The notes under the pieces: generated by a model | Database searches by the model: none | Told to the model about the DNA's origin: nothing | What the model saw: only the letters and a program-made list of their open reading frames with translations | Source of the DNA: a virus | Lineage: Duplodnaviria; Heunggongvirae; Uroviricota; Caudoviricetes; Demerecviridae | Virus record (IMG/VR): IMGVR_UViG_2974604416_000001 | Location: 1 to 64,000 of that record | Strand: one strand, 5' to 3' | DNA: 64,000 nucleotides | Shown here: one piece after another, positions 9,553-20,128 of the stretch | Layout of the letters: every line of letters begins with the position of its first letter | Numbering within the stretch: position 1 is the first letter of the stretch | Program-made: the position numbers and the translations under genes

Positions 9553-10464
9553 TTAAAAAGCTCCCTCATTTACAAAGAAATCTTCTATCACGGCTCTACG
9601 ACCTTGGTCATCAAGGCTATCCCATTCTTTTTTGGAGTAGTTATCCCGAATAACCTCTATTACCCCATAGAACTCTTCATCGAAATGTTCTTTAGGGTTG
9701 TTACCAAATATCTGGTCAGAGGCTTTGGAACTACGCATCAAGAATTTCTTAGTAAGGTAGTGGTTAGTTTTGAGCTTAAAGAGTAGCTCACCATTGGTGG
9801 AGTATACCATCCAGCCTTCATGTTCTGCTGTTTTTGCGGCTCCCAGAGCCCAGCCAAGGGTTGTTGCTACTACTTTGTGGTGCAGCAAGCCCATATCTCT
9901 TGCAAGAGCATTACGCTCTTCAAAAGAAAACACCTTCTCAGGGGTTTTTACTCTCAAAAGGTGCAACCCAAAAGTTTCATTAACAATATGCGGGTCGCTG
10001 GGGTCTACTACCTCAAAAGTAAGGGTAGTAAGCTCCGGAAACTTCACCAGCTCCTGTACCTTACTATGTGGGATAGAGTTAAAGAACCTAGTAATACCTA
10101 GAGCCACAAAATCGGAGTCTAGCGACCCAGTAGTAGAGAATAACAGACGATGCATACCCAGCTCTTCTACCACTGTAACATTCAGCATAAATCCATTAAC
10201 TTTATAGTCAAGAATTACCTCCGTATCAATAGGTAGACCTACTCCAGTGTTACGTTCCCCGAAGTTGTATACTTTAACCATTGGCTCTACGACTAATTGT
10301 TCACCACGGAACACCGTGCCACGAAACAGTTCCAACTCTGGGGTCCACAGGTTCTTGTAGAACACTTTGCGAGCATATTTGTAGATGGTGTATTCACCAC
10401 ATTCGGTGGCCTTCACTAAGCCCTCGGCAACAAGTCGTTGGGCCATTTCATAAGTAGCTTTCAT
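9553..10464 (-). CDS. ATP-dependent RNA ligase (Rnl-like)
   Basis: nucleotidyltransferase motif I KVNGFM (KxNG, the RNA-ligase-type lysine adenylation motif); 303 aa. Confidence 0.55.
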   Translation of the reverse strand: MKATYEMAQRLVAEGLVKATECGEYTIYKYARKVFYKNLWTPELELFRGTVFRGEQLVVEPMVKVYNFGERNTGVGLPIDTEVILDYKVNGFMLNVTVVEELGMHRLLFSTTGSLDSDFVALGITRFFNSIPHSKVQELVKFPELTTLTFEVVDPSDPHIVNETFGLHLLRVKTPEKVFSFEERNALARDMGLLHHKVVATTLGWALGAAKTAEHEGWMVYSTNGELLFKLKTNHYLTKKFLMRSSKASDQIFGNNPKEHFDEEFYGVIEVIRDNYSKKEWDSLDDQGRRAVIEDFFVNEGAF

Positions 10465-10472
10465 AACATTCC

Positions 10473-10868
10473 TTAAATAAGTTTGATAGATGCACGAAGT
10501 TTACGCTCTTGACCTTCACGTACTTCTTGAGGTACACCATGAACAGAGTCGTTACCATGACGGTTTTCTACAACAATAGAGACAAAGCGAGCCCCATGTT
10601 GTTTAGCGATGTCTTGGTAGATTGCTACATCTTTTTCTGTAGTAGCTGTGTTATGTACAACTACGCTGGTACCATCCTCTAAAAGCTGACGAACAGTTAA
10701 CTGACACCAGTGGTGGGCTAGGTGGATTTTACTGATATCAAAGTCGTAGTTAGGCCCCCAGTAGTCATCTGCGGCTACTGTAGTGAAATTCAAACCTTCA
10801 AACATCTCTGCCAGGGTAGATTTACCAGCCCCCGAAACTCCACGGATAAGGATAAGTGTCTTTTCCAT
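10473..10868 (-). CDS. pnk: polynucleotide 5'-kinase (P-loop kinase domain)
   Basis: Walker A GVSGAGKST at the N-terminus, similar to the T4 Pnk kinase domain; adjacent to the RNA ligase. Confidence 0.55.
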   Translation of the reverse strand: MEKTLILIRGVSGAGKSTLAEMFEGLNFTTVAADDYWGPNYDFDISKIHLAHHWCQLTVRQLLEDGTSVVVHNTATTEKDVAIYQDIAKQHGARFVSIVVENRHGNDSVHGVPQEVREGQERKLRASIKLI

Positions 10869-10869
10869 T

Positions 10870-11070
10870 TTAGAACCCCAAAAATTTAAGAATACCTGAA
10901 ATAGCTATTACAGCTAGTCCAGCGTATACCATAGGATTAGTTATTTTCCAATATTTCCAGTATTTTGGTTTATCATAGAAATAGCCACCTACCAAGGTTA
11001 GGCCCCAACCAAAAATAAACAGGCTCAAAATTGGAAATTCGCGGATAAACTCGATCATTTGTTTCTCCAT
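10870..11070 (-). CDS. small membrane protein
   Basis: 66-aa hydrophobic ORF; a promoter cassette lies at 11071-11105. Confidence 0.4.
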   Translation of the reverse strand: MEKQMIEFIREFPILSLFIFGWGLTLVGGYFYDKPKYWKYWKITNPMVYAGLAVIAISGILKFLGF

Positions 11071-11308
11071 TCAATTTATACGAATATTATAACAAAAAAG
11101 TGGTTATTAGCCACCTTTATCTTGCAATAAGCAACCACTCAGGGCTGCTTCCAGTTGGTCAATATAAGCTTTCTATTTTAGTCTATCAACCAGCAAACCT
11201 CGGGCTCTCTCTACCCTAGAATCTGGTACTTTGTCTAAGATAAACACGGGTTTTTCTGGCATTTTGCTGGCGCAAGGAACGAAAACCTCTTTGTTTACAT
11301 AAACTATT

Positions 11309-11654
11309 TCAGTCTTTACTATAGGTTTTTGCTAGCAGCCTGTTAACATCAATCCAAGGAGTCCAGCAACCCAAATACTTGCTCGCATACTGTGCCCTCC
11401 TGCTTTTTGGCCATAAGAGCCCTAATTTTCTCTTCATAAGTCTTAGCCTGCTAATCTGCTTGAGCCTGCTAAAGTTTACCTTGCGCCCGCAGGCTTTCCT
11501 AAGCCTAAGCCGCAAGTTGTACGCGCTGGTTATTGTCTTCAATGACTTGTTTTAGGGATTTTACACTAGAGTCTAACTACTCTGACCTGCGTTCTTCTTG
11601 GCTAAACTTTTCTTTGTACTCCTAGACCTCTTTGGTTAATGAAGCTATCTCCAT
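11309..11654 (-). CDS. coiled-coil protein(s) containing several in-frame TAG codons
   Basis: minus-strand translation from the ATG at 11654 reads MEIASLTKEV-TAG-EYKEKFSQEERRSE-TAG-LDSSVKSLKQVIEDNNQRV...; boundaries are uncertain. Confidence 0.3.
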
Positions 11655-11751
11655 TTCCTGTCTGACAAAGAAAACCTAGAGCTAAGCGACCAGCAATAGT
11701 AACTAACCAATTGCTACCTTAAATTTAAGTGGTATCATCTTATACTCCAAA

Positions 11752-11781
11752 AGCGGGCACAAGGCCCGCTTAATGTTATTT
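11752..11781 (-). terminator. rho-independent terminator
   Basis: agcgggc-acaa-ggcccgct hairpin with a flanking A-run (T-run on the minus strand). Confidence 0.5.
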
Positions 11782-12336
11782 AATGCTAATTGTTTCAGCC
11801 AGTCCGGTATCGAATGCTCGGTTGGTTTGAACATCACTAACAACTTGACACATCTTATCCAGATCAACTTTCGGGTAGCCCGCCAGATTCATCCAGAAAC
11901 CAGACCAAACGTACTCAAGGTTGCTTTTGTAAGTAGCACATGCTTCCAGTTTACGGTCTTGCGAGAGCTGGAACTCTTTACGACCACCCTGCATAGCAGC
12001 TTGGATATTCAGATAAACTTTTTGGTCAACAACCTGACCCTTCTCCTGAATCCACTGCATCATAGCCTTGGAGCCACCCTCCCCATAACGGGAACTCATT
12101 TCAGCCTCCACATACTTAGTCAGGTCGTTGATAAGCATATCTGGAATCTGTGCCATGTCCTTAACGGTCATGGTCAACGCGCTCAAGGTATTGCGTGAGT
12201 TTTCGTTATACTTGTTAATGGTCTGTTCTTGTCGTACAGCTTCGTTTTTATATGTGATGTAAGTCGTGAAACCCACACCGGCAGAAACGAAAACCAGAGC
12301 AAGTACAATAGCCAGAGCAATAAGTGCTGCTTTCAT
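11776..12336 (-). CDS. membrane-anchored protein
   Basis: start MKAALIALAIVLALVFVSAG with a GAGGAG RBS; the start ATG overlaps the upstream stop (TAATG). Confidence 0.45.
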   Translation of the reverse strand: MKAALIALAIVLALVFVSAGVGFTTYITYKNEAVRQEQTINKYNENSRNTLSALTMTVKDMAQIPDMLINDLTKYVEAEMSSRYGEGGSKAMMQWIQEKGQVVDQKVYLNIQAAMQGGRKEFQLSQDRKLEACATYKSNLEYVWSGFWMNLAGYPKVDLDKMCQVVSDVQTNRAFDTGLAETISIK

Positions 12337-13391
12337 TAAAACATCTCCTCTTGATGAAATTTGCGGCCGATAAAGGCCATGCCTACAATTTGTAATACAA
12401 CCAGAACAAAGATAACCCAAGGGTTCGCTTTCACAGAACTATCGAACAAGTCTTTAAACTCTTTATTGCTTACCCTTACGAAGTGTTTCTCAACCAAAGC
12501 CATCTGGTTTTTCAGCATGTCTAGGTTAAGTACATCACCCAAAGCTGCCTGACGAAGCTGAGTAATGAGTACTGCGTTATTCATGCCCATTGCGAAAGTG
12601 TGTGCCCTGAACCAGTTTACCTTGCCCTCAGCACCTACACCATAAATCATAATGAGCGCGTTTTTGTCTCCACCCTTTACCTGATACAACACGCTATCTG
12701 CGTATGCCTCAGTTGGGTAGTCTGTTACAATCACCCAAGGTGCTACTTGCTTTTTAGCACCATTTTCCTTCAACCACTCTCTTAGGTATTCGTTGAATCC
12801 TTGTACTGAAACCTTGCTGTTATTATCTACCAAACTCACTCTGTAGTAGTCAAACGTGGAGGGCTCTTTTACATTGGAAATAATCTCACTCTTGGGCGGA
12901 AGGAGAACTGTATCCTCCATAGCCTTCAAGAAATTATTAGTTGTGGTGGTGAGCGTTGCAGGCTCCCCAACTACAACTTTAGACCAGCGAGGAGGCTCGT
13001 GGCTACCACGACGGTCAATACGGTCGATGGTAAAGTTTCCTACGCTAGACCTAACTACCCAATCCCAGTCGTTAGTATGTTCATCACAGTAGATAGGTGT
13101 ACACGTCCTATTACCTTTACTATCGCTGGAGCATGACTCTCCACACTTGTATTGGTGCTCGCAGGAAGTGTACTGCTTCTCCTTTCCAGTGATCTTACCA
13201 TGTAGCAAGTTGGTTTCCAACGTACCTGACCACATGGACATTACAGTAAACATGGTTCCCAGTAGTGCTGCTACGACTCCAGCACCGAAATGCGCTAACA
13301 CTTCTTTGGGACTAATGCTTTTACCGTAATACAACCTGCTGCCAATGACCACAAAAACTGTGGCCATAAAGAACCATGCAAAGTAAATCAT
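12336..13391 (-). CDS. integral membrane protein
   Basis: 351-aa ORF with N- and C-terminal transmembrane segments. Confidence 0.5.
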   Translation of the reverse strand: MIYFAWFFMATVFVVIGSRLYYGKSISPKEVLAHFGAGVVAALLGTMFTVMSMWSGTLETNLLHGKITGKEKQYTSCEHQYKCGESCSSDSKGNRTCTPIYCDEHTNDWDWVVRSSVGNFTIDRIDRRGSHEPPRWSKVVVGEPATLTTTTNNFLKAMEDTVLLPPKSEIISNVKEPSTFDYYRVSLVDNNSKVSVQGFNEYLREWLKENGAKKQVAPWVIVTDYPTEAYADSVLYQVKGGDKNALIMIYGVGAEGKVNWFRAHTFAMGMNNAVLITQLRQAALGDVLNLDMLKNQMALVEKHFVRVSNKEFKDLFDSSVKANPWVIFVLVVLQIVGMAFIGRKFHQEEMF

Positions 13392-13762
13392 TTACTTAAT
13401 TCCTTTTCATACTTAGAGATAGCTGCTTCTACCAAGTTCAGGGAGTTAGCTGCGATGCGCTTAGCCTGCTCATTCTCATAAACAGTAGTTGCAAAGGTCT
13501 GAATACCATAAGCACCAAGCATAGTGTATGCTGTCTTTTGGGATGGCGTAATCATGAATAACACCAGCAGAACCCCAGATACATAAATTACGGTTCTGAG
13601 CGGTAGTTTGGCTAGATTACCAAACTCTTTTGGGTCAATTCTGCTAAGTATAGTTGCTACTATAGATAGCACAAAGAAAATACCTAGTAGGAAAGCATAC
13701 CCACTTTCCCCTTCCTTGGTACAGATAGTTTCAGCCAAATAAATAAAAAGTGCAAGTTCCAT
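13388..13762 (-). CDS. membrane protein
   Basis: 124-aa hydrophobic ORF. Confidence 0.4.
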   Translation of the reverse strand: MELALFIYLAETICTKEGESGYAFLLGIFFVLSIVATILSRIDPKEFGNLAKLPLRTVIYVSGVLLVLFMITPSQKTAYTMLGAYGIQTFATTVYENEQAKRIAANSLNLVEAAISKYEKELSK

Positions 13763-14361
13763 TAACGTTTTCCTCTAAATGAAGTCTTATTGTCGAAGCC
13801 ATGCTTTTCCAGTTTATCTTTATCACTCAACTGAACCATCTCTGGCTCGCTCGCATGACGGCCAAACCAAGCGTTGATTTCAGTAAACAGAAGTTGTGGG
13901 TCAACGTTCTGGAATACTCGAAGTTCTGGGTGGAATTTTGCAACTTCTCCACCGATATTAAGCTGTGGGTTGGTGAATACACCAGTGTCATAGTACCCTT
14001 TCTCGTTTACATAGGTACCTACAAGAACCATTGGTGCATTATACTTATCGGTGTACTCTTTCAAGGTGTCCAGATACTCCATAGCGTAATCTCTTGACCA
14101 GTGAGACCAACGTCTGGTTTTTAGGTCTGGCAGCACAACCCCTTTCTCATCTACGTACACAATCAGTACGGTTTGGTTAACAATCAGCACTTGCCCTTTA
14201 AACCAACGTCCATCTTCCAGATGACCTGACAAGGTTCTGTGCTTAGCTGGAAGTGCCTTCTCTACTTGCTGGGTCTTTCTGTCCCAGACGATTTTCGGGT
14301 CTTGACCATACATATAGAAGATATGGTCATACACGTCCTTAAACCGTTGAATAATCTTCAT
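13762..14361 (-). CDS. hypothetical protein
   Basis: 199-aa ORF; a promoter cassette lies at 14375-14410. Confidence 0.4.
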   Translation of the reverse strand: MKIIQRFKDVYDHIFYMYGQDPKIVWDRKTQQVEKALPAKHRTLSGHLEDGRWFKGQVLIVNQTVLIVYVDEKGVVLPDLKTRRWSHWSRDYAMEYLDTLKEYTDKYNAPMVLVGTYVNEKGYYDTGVFTNPQLNIGGEVAKFHPELRVFQNVDPQLLFTEINAWFGRHASEPEMVQLSDKDKLEKHGFDNKTSFRGKR

Positions 14362-14417
14362 AAGCTCTCCTCATTCAATATAAATATTATATCAAATAAC
14401 GTCCTTGTTAGCTACGA

Positions 14418-15164
14418 TTATTCCGCTATGATGAAGGTCTCACCTTTGGTGAAAACTCGGTCTGCGTACCGGTCTCTAAAATGGGCTACCAAGTTACCTT
14501 CTGGAGTAATTTCTATCAGACATAACAATCTTTTAAAGACGTACCCCAGATCCAGGTATACACGGTTATTCACGATAGTAGGCCTATCTACTACCGTATG
14601 TCCATGAAATACGTACTTCACATCTGGCAGAGCATCGCACTGTTGTCCATAGATAATATCTCTACCCCACATTGCTTCTCTTTCCAGAACACCACTGGTA
14701 TCAGCGTCAACTGCGCTGGTAAAGTCTCCCCAGGTCTTGAAACGGGCTGGTACTTCTGCGTGGACAAAGGCGTAGCGATTTCCGTGAAAGTCTACACTAA
14801 GATGCACTGGCAGTTTTAATACATCTTCTGCATAGGTCTTTAAAACATGGCGCTCTTCGTTGAGAGCCCAGACTCCCCCGTTAAAATACACCCAGTTACC
14901 AGAGGGTTCATCTTTGTGGGCAAAATCTGCCAGAAACTGGTCATGATTACCTCTTACTGTGAGGTAAGCACCCGTCTGATCATATAGGAAGAATTTCAGT
15001 GTATCTGCGGAGTCAGGCCCTCTATCAACCAAATCACCACAGTTAACCAGCAGGTCTTGAGTTACATCAAATCCTACTTTATTTAGCATTTTGTGTAAAG
15101 TACGAATGTTTCCATGCAGGTCGGTGCATACAAACAGTCTACCAGAATTTTTTACCACTTGCAT
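14418..15164 (-). CDS. calcineurin-like metallophosphoesterase
   Basis: motifs CTDLHGN, GDLVDRG and GNHD. Confidence 0.6.
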   Translation of the reverse strand: MQVVKNSGRLFVCTDLHGNIRTLHKMLNKVGFDVTQDLLVNCGDLVDRGPDSADTLKFFLYDQTGAYLTVRGNHDQFLADFAHKDEPSGNWVYFNGGVWALNEERHVLKTYAEDVLKLPVHLSVDFHGNRYAFVHAEVPARFKTWGDFTSAVDADTSGVLEREAMWGRDIIYGQQCDALPDVKYVFHGHTVVDRPTIVNNRVYLDLGYVFKRLLCLIEITPEGNLVAHFRDRYADRVFTKGETFIIAE

Positions 15165-15180
15165 AGAAGCTCCTTATACG

Positions 15181-15206
15181 AAAAAAGCTGGCCGAAGCCA
15201 GCTCAT
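15181..15206 (-). terminator. rho-independent terminator
   Basis: aaaaaa-gctggc-cgaa-gccagc hairpin with the T-run on the minus strand. Confidence 0.5.
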
Positions 15207-15880
15207 AGATTACGGTTCCAATGTAAGAAACCATAGGCACATATCGCAAGTATTGGTAGAAACTACCAACTATGCAACGAACCTATAATACACACCCCCA
15301 ACCACTATACCCAGCTACTACTTAATCCATTAGCCATGAGTACAGAAGCCACCTATATACCGCCTAAATATTGTAGCTCTACCGCTGTGTAAGGTATGTC
15401 ATGCTAAGACATGAACATGCCTAAACTTAGGAGTCCAAGGGTTAGGTAGCAAATGTACCCTGCTAAGTAGATCCAGCCGTACCCTTGTAAGTTTCTAGGA
15501 ACGTAATCCCTGGTTGCCTATATCTAGCAGCAGGAACCAAATACTATGTTCTATATGGACTACGGAAGAGACGCGGAGTACTACTACTAAACCACACCCT
15601 AAACCTACCCAATGAAGAAACCCAGCTTATTAAGCCTCTAAATGAGAAACATTATAGCTGCAAAAGGCAGTAGGGTTATATACTGGAGGCCCTCCTATAG
15701 TATCTAGGTAGTGATAAGCTAAACTACTAAGAACTAAAGTTCTTTTATAGTTATTTGTTGCAGAAAGGCAGTCATACGTCCTCCCTGATTAGCACGCTGA
15801 TTTCTCAGCCAAATTTGTAAACCCCATGTTTACAGCACTATTATAGCTCTTATTGCGGCATAAGTCAAGCTATTTTTTAT
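15199..15880 (-). CDS. TAG-containing coding region, product unknown
   Basis: minus-strand frame is open except for multiple TAG codons and ends in TAA near 15199 (...MCLWFLTLEP-TAA); boundaries are approximate. Confidence 0.3.
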
Positions 15881-16377
15881 TTCGCCCCATCAAGGAGTGC
15901 GATCTCTAGTGTCGCTAACGCATCTGTTAGGGGGTTATGCCAATCATTCAGTCTTTTTCTGCCTAAGAGCATGTACATGCTCTCTAGCTTAGTTGGCTTC
16001 TCAAACATTTTTTGGCTATCGACTAGCTTATCTACCATTCTTTTGCATCTAATATCATGTTCCATACCGGCATGAAAAATTAGGGATGCTAGGAGTTTGG
16101 TTTCTTTGCCCCAAGAGTATATGATATCACAGTCTTTTGTGGCCTCCAGAAGGGATAGTACAGCATCTTTACAGGTGTGCTTACCCTGCCACAACTCTTC
16201 TTGGACTACTACGTGATTTTTTACGTAGTGGTTTATCTTCTTTCCTTTCTGAGAAATAGTAAATAGTAGAGAATCGGTTACTACCAGATTATCCCCATCC
16301 TGGTAGCCTTTTGCTAGAGCTACTGCTAGAGGGAATGTTCCGTTCATCTCTAGGTCTAGCGCACAAAACTGCTTCAT
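15877..16377 (-). CDS. DEDDh 3'-5' exonuclease (DnaQ-like)
   Basis: Exo I motif ALDLEMNG and Exo III motif HNPLTDALAT. Confidence 0.6.
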   Translation of the reverse strand: MKQFCALDLEMNGTFPLAVALAKGYQDGDNLVVTDSLLFTISQKGKKINHYVKNHVVVQEELWQGKHTCKDAVLSLLEATKDCDIIYSWGKETKLLASLIFHAGMEHDIRCKRMVDKLVDSQKMFEKPTKLESMYMLLGRKRLNDWHNPLTDALATLEIALLDGAK

Positions 16378-16655
16378 TTGATATCCTATAGGTTACAAGG
16401 GCTTTCCCCCCACCAATGGGTGCTAGGTCAAGCACCTCAAAGGGGATTTTTTCGTAAAACTTCTGGTAATTAGATACTACGAACTCTCGGATTAGATTAC
16501 CTTCAAGGTCAGGGATAAGTATATCAGTTAGGAGTCTACGATACTCTTTAACTATCTCATGGATAAAGATATCCTCCTAACTACAGGAGCCATCCCAGAT
16601 CCTGGGCTACACCTCGGTTTCGTAGTAGACTAACAGATTTACCAACGTACCAAGA

Positions 16656-17279
16656 TTAGTTAACGGCTATAAAATAGAACTCATGCCACTGGACTAGGGC
16701 ATCGTACTCTGCGTCATGCAAGGTTCCTTCTGGTTTTAGTCTAGAGGCCGCCTCTTCCGCATACTCTCTTGCAGCATCTAGCAGCTCTTTAGGGCGAGAC
16801 ATTTTGAAAGAGCGTAAGTCTCTGCGGCAGTTGTACCCAAACAGGCTTTCAAAGAAGCCTAAACCACCACTGGATGTGCCCACCAGCTCAAAGTCGCAAT
16901 TTTGCTCCAGTAAGTACTCGATCTTGGGCAGGTCATGTGTAATTCCTTTTGACATGAGGACAACCTGTTCTGCCTTGAGCTGTCGGGCCCTGCCGCTCAG
17001 GGCGTGAATTTCACTTACCAAGTCTCGTGCAACCCATTGTAGTGGTTGGGTATTGCCCAAGTACCTGCCTAGCTGTGCTGGATTATGTTCTACCCAGAAT
17101 TTCAGAGTACTTGGTTGTACAACCCCGTCCTCTTGCCACATAGGTTTGTAGGTTAAGCGTCGGAGGTTCTCGGGGGAAGTACCATAACAGATACCAATAT
17201 CCAGTAGCTGACCATTGGGCTCGTCTTTGCTGAGGTACTCTAGGTCAATCATAACTAGAAGAATGTCTAACTCTTTCAT
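16656..17279 (-). CDS. DEDD-family exonuclease-like protein
   Basis: motifs IDLEYL and HDAEYDA. Confidence 0.45.
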   Translation of the reverse strand: MKELDILLVMIDLEYLSKDEPNGQLLDIGICYGTSPENLRRLTYKPMWQEDGVVQPSTLKFWVEHNPAQLGRYLGNTQPLQWVARDLVSEIHALSGRARQLKAEQVVLMSKGITHDLPKIEYLLEQNCDFELVGTSSGGLGFFESLFGYNCRRDLRSFKMSRPKELLDAAREYAEEAASRLKPEGTLHDAEYDALVQWHEFYFIAVN

Positions 17280-17317
17280 AAATGCTCCTAAGAGAAAGGG
17301 GCATATTGCCCCTATGA

Positions 17318-18250
17318 TTACTTGGAAATCTTGACCAGCTTATCAGACAGGTCTTGAATTACCCGTTGAATCGGGAAGGCTTCCACTGCCTTAAAGGTGG
17401 CGTAACGAAGTGCGTTGTCGGCTACTTCCATTACGGAATCATTTACGGTGAGACGACCATTACTGGATTTCAGAATGGTGTGAACCACGGTTACGATACC
17501 CAGGGTAACAAACGGGTTGTCTTTAACCCAGGAGTTGGCACCCATCAGTCGTCCTACAAAGCCAACCTTAACCGGCATGATGGAGAACGCGATTTGCTTG
17601 ATGACCTCCACAGCAGCCATACCAGTGGCTACGTCGATAGCGTCGTTTACCACGGTCTTGGAGGTGTTAGCGATGTTTTGGGTAGCGGCTTGTACAAAAG
17701 TTTGTTCGGACATTTCTTTTTCCTTAGCGTAGGCGATATTTACAGTTTCATCAAGGGTTTTACGTGCGTATGCTGGGTCACCACTATACTTCGAGTACCC
17801 CAGTGTATCTTTGCCTACTGCGGTATCTTTACCTACGCAATAGGTTTCTTCAATAATAAATGCGGTATCAGGGCCAGCAATCTCTACAGACATGATACGC
17901 CTTTTGTCTTTCATGGCCTCTACAAACTGAACCATGTTTTCGATGACGCGGGTTTGAACGGGGGCTGCACTCTCCAGATCTTCAAAGGTTTCAGTAAAGT
18001 AGACCAGTGTGATGCACATCTTGTCACTACGAGACACTCTCAATACGTTTAGCGGAACGGCTCGCGCTGTCATCATATCAGTAAGTGTACAGTACACCAT
18101 TCCACGGCCTTTATTGCCCCGATGCTCTTTAGCGTAAATACCGGGAGCGTCTACCATGAAATGGTTTGCGTAGTCTGCGCTCCGGTTTACTAGGGTTTCA
18201 AATACTTTAAGGCCGATATATTCATGCTTAAATCGCAGCTTTACCATCAT
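17318..18250 (-). CDS. hypothetical protein
   Basis: 310-aa ORF. Confidence 0.45.
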   Translation of the reverse strand: MMVKLRFKHEYIGLKVFETLVNRSADYANHFMVDAPGIYAKEHRGNKGRGMVYCTLTDMMTARAVPLNVLRVSRSDKMCITLVYFTETFEDLESAAPVQTRVIENMVQFVEAMKDKRRIMSVEIAGPDTAFIIEETYCVGKDTAVGKDTLGYSKYSGDPAYARKTLDETVNIAYAKEKEMSEQTFVQAATQNIANTSKTVVNDAIDVATGMAAVEVIKQIAFSIMPVKVGFVGRLMGANSWVKDNPFVTLGIVTVVHTILKSSNGRLTVNDSVMEVADNALRYATFKAVEAFPIQRVIQDLSDKLVKISK

Positions 18251-18440
18251 TTACTTCCTTAATCTTGGCCATAGTTCGAGAAAGCACGGCTTCGGCTTCT
18301 TCCGCAGTCATACCGTCTTGTGTGGCTTTTTGCAGGTCTTGAATGTTGAAGGATAGCAAATCCAACAGCATCTTGTTCTGGACTGCCATTTCATATACAC
18401 GGGCTTTCAGTTGTCGTTCAGTTTTGTACTTAGGTGGCAT
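18228..18440 (-). CDS. hypothetical protein
   Basis: 70-aa ORF; a promoter cassette lies at 18455-18485. Confidence 0.35.
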   Translation of the reverse strand: MPPKYKTERQLKARVYEMAVQNKMLLDLLSFNIQDLQKATQDGMTAEEAEAVLSRTMAKIKEVNDGKAAI

Positions 18441-18808
18441 ATCTCTCTCCTCACTTTCTAATAAATATTATATCAACAAATCAGGTTGGAAACAACCTTT
18501 ATTGTATTTCGTTGTCGGTCTTTACTGATACGATGTATCCTTTTACCAGAGTTTCTAGGTTTAGAATTTTTAGCATCGTATACGTTTGATAATCTGGGTA
18601 CTCGGTTTGCAGTTTTTGGAGATACTTCTACGGATTTACCGTGCTATGCTCAATTACCTCACCCGAGCTTAAGGTTATAACTAGATGAGAGCGTTTCACA
18701 CTATTCCCTCCAACTCAATTTACCTTTTCCTGCTTGGATTAGAATCTACCACTCCCGTCTGGAGATAGAAAATCCTAGCTTGCGCAGGAAAAGTCTATTG
18801 GGCTCAGT

Positions 18809-18850
18809 AAACAAAAAAGAGTCCCACAGTGCCCGTGCTTGGGACTCATT
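18809..18850 (-). terminator. rho-independent terminator
   Basis: 8-bp stem gagtccca/tgggactc with the A-run on the plus strand (T-run on the minus strand). Confidence 0.5.
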
Positions 18851-19658
18851 AATTCTTAATTTTTTCATAGCTCAAAGTTGCCAGGATCTGCCTGCCGTTT
18901 CTCCTGCGCCTCGGGGGTGTTTGACACCTACTCCTAGAGGTACGGGAAACCGCTAGGGAGAACTTCTAGTTGTACATCAGCAGAGCCAGATACTATGGGC
19001 ATAAGATTCAGACCAATTAGTGGGCTAAAACCTTCAAGGGTAATTTTTTCAGTAAGTGGCTTTGTATTTTTATGCTCCAGCAGTATGTTCTACTGCCGGG
19101 CCTACTCGCAAATTAGGTCGGGGGATACACAAAGGTTATCTTCCCTCTACCTCAGATAGGCAAAGTATGGGTTAAATACTGATTGGATCGTAAAGCTTGG
19201 CAGCTTGGAAAGCCCCTAAAGTCTAATAACAATCGTAGTATCAGTAGGTTTCACATACTTTTTAACTAACTCAATCTAGCTTCTAAAAGACTTGAAGTCG
19301 CTAGACATAAACACAGCTTTCTTATCTGGAAAGACTGGAGCGGCCAAACAGAGCTTAAAGTCTTTGATAACGTCCCAGCTATAAGGGTCATAGCCCAACT
19401 ATGCCAACAATAGCTAAGGTCTGCTATGAAACTACGGGGCTCCAAAAACTTCTCTGGTTACTGCGTAGCGGTCTACGTTATCCCAGATTGGGCCAGAAAA
19501 CAGAATCTAGCCAGAGCCATCGTACTACTCAAAAGGATAGCCAAACTAGGATACAGCTTCTAGTTGCTAAAAGATATTCCCTACTTGGGGGATTTCTGTC
19601 CCAAGTAGGGTATTGCTTTTAAGTAGTGTGCTTAGAGAAACAAGCAACTACTCACTCA

Positions 19659-19946
19659 TTAGACCTCCCGATTAATAAGCACGTCAGCTCTCAAGGCGTT
19701 GAGGGCGCTACTAAAGTCGGGGCCAGCACCTGTATGGATGGTACCGTATAGCTCCAATACTACTGTGCTAGTACCGATACAGTAGTAACCAACGTCACCC
19801 TCACCAGCTTCTGGTAGAGGTACTACAGGGTAACGTACATTACCAATCTTGAAAAACTCGGGAGCATCAAGGCGTGCACTGTAATCGCGATCACTCATTA
19901 GTAGAGTCCTCTGTGGTAGGAGCTGCTTCTTCTTTAGCAGGCTCAT
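19659..19946 (-). CDS. hypothetical protein
   Basis: 95-aa ORF. Confidence 0.35.
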   Translation of the reverse strand: MSLLKKKQLLPQRTLLMSDRDYSARLDAPEFFKIGNVRYPVVPLPEAGEGDVGYYCIGTSTVVLELYGTIHTGAGPDFSSALNALRADVLINREV

Positions 19947-20118
19947 TGATAGTAATCGGTTGCAGACTGGTCAGGGGCTGAATAACTTGGGTGATAATAG
20001 CCTGGGCTCCACGCAAAGAAATACCCTCAGCTTTAACAACCGCATCCAGATTGTCGATAATGTTATTGATTTGGGTGTTGGAGATAGCGAATACTTGCTC
20101 GTTTACTTGCTGGGTCAT
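19891..20118 (-). CDS. hypothetical protein
   Basis: 75-aa ORF. Confidence 0.3.
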   Translation of the reverse strand: MTQQVNEQVFAISNTQINNIIDNLDAVVKAEGISLRGAQAIITQVIQPLTSLQPITINEPAKEEAAPTTEDSTNE

Positions 20119-20128
20119 ATCTAATACC

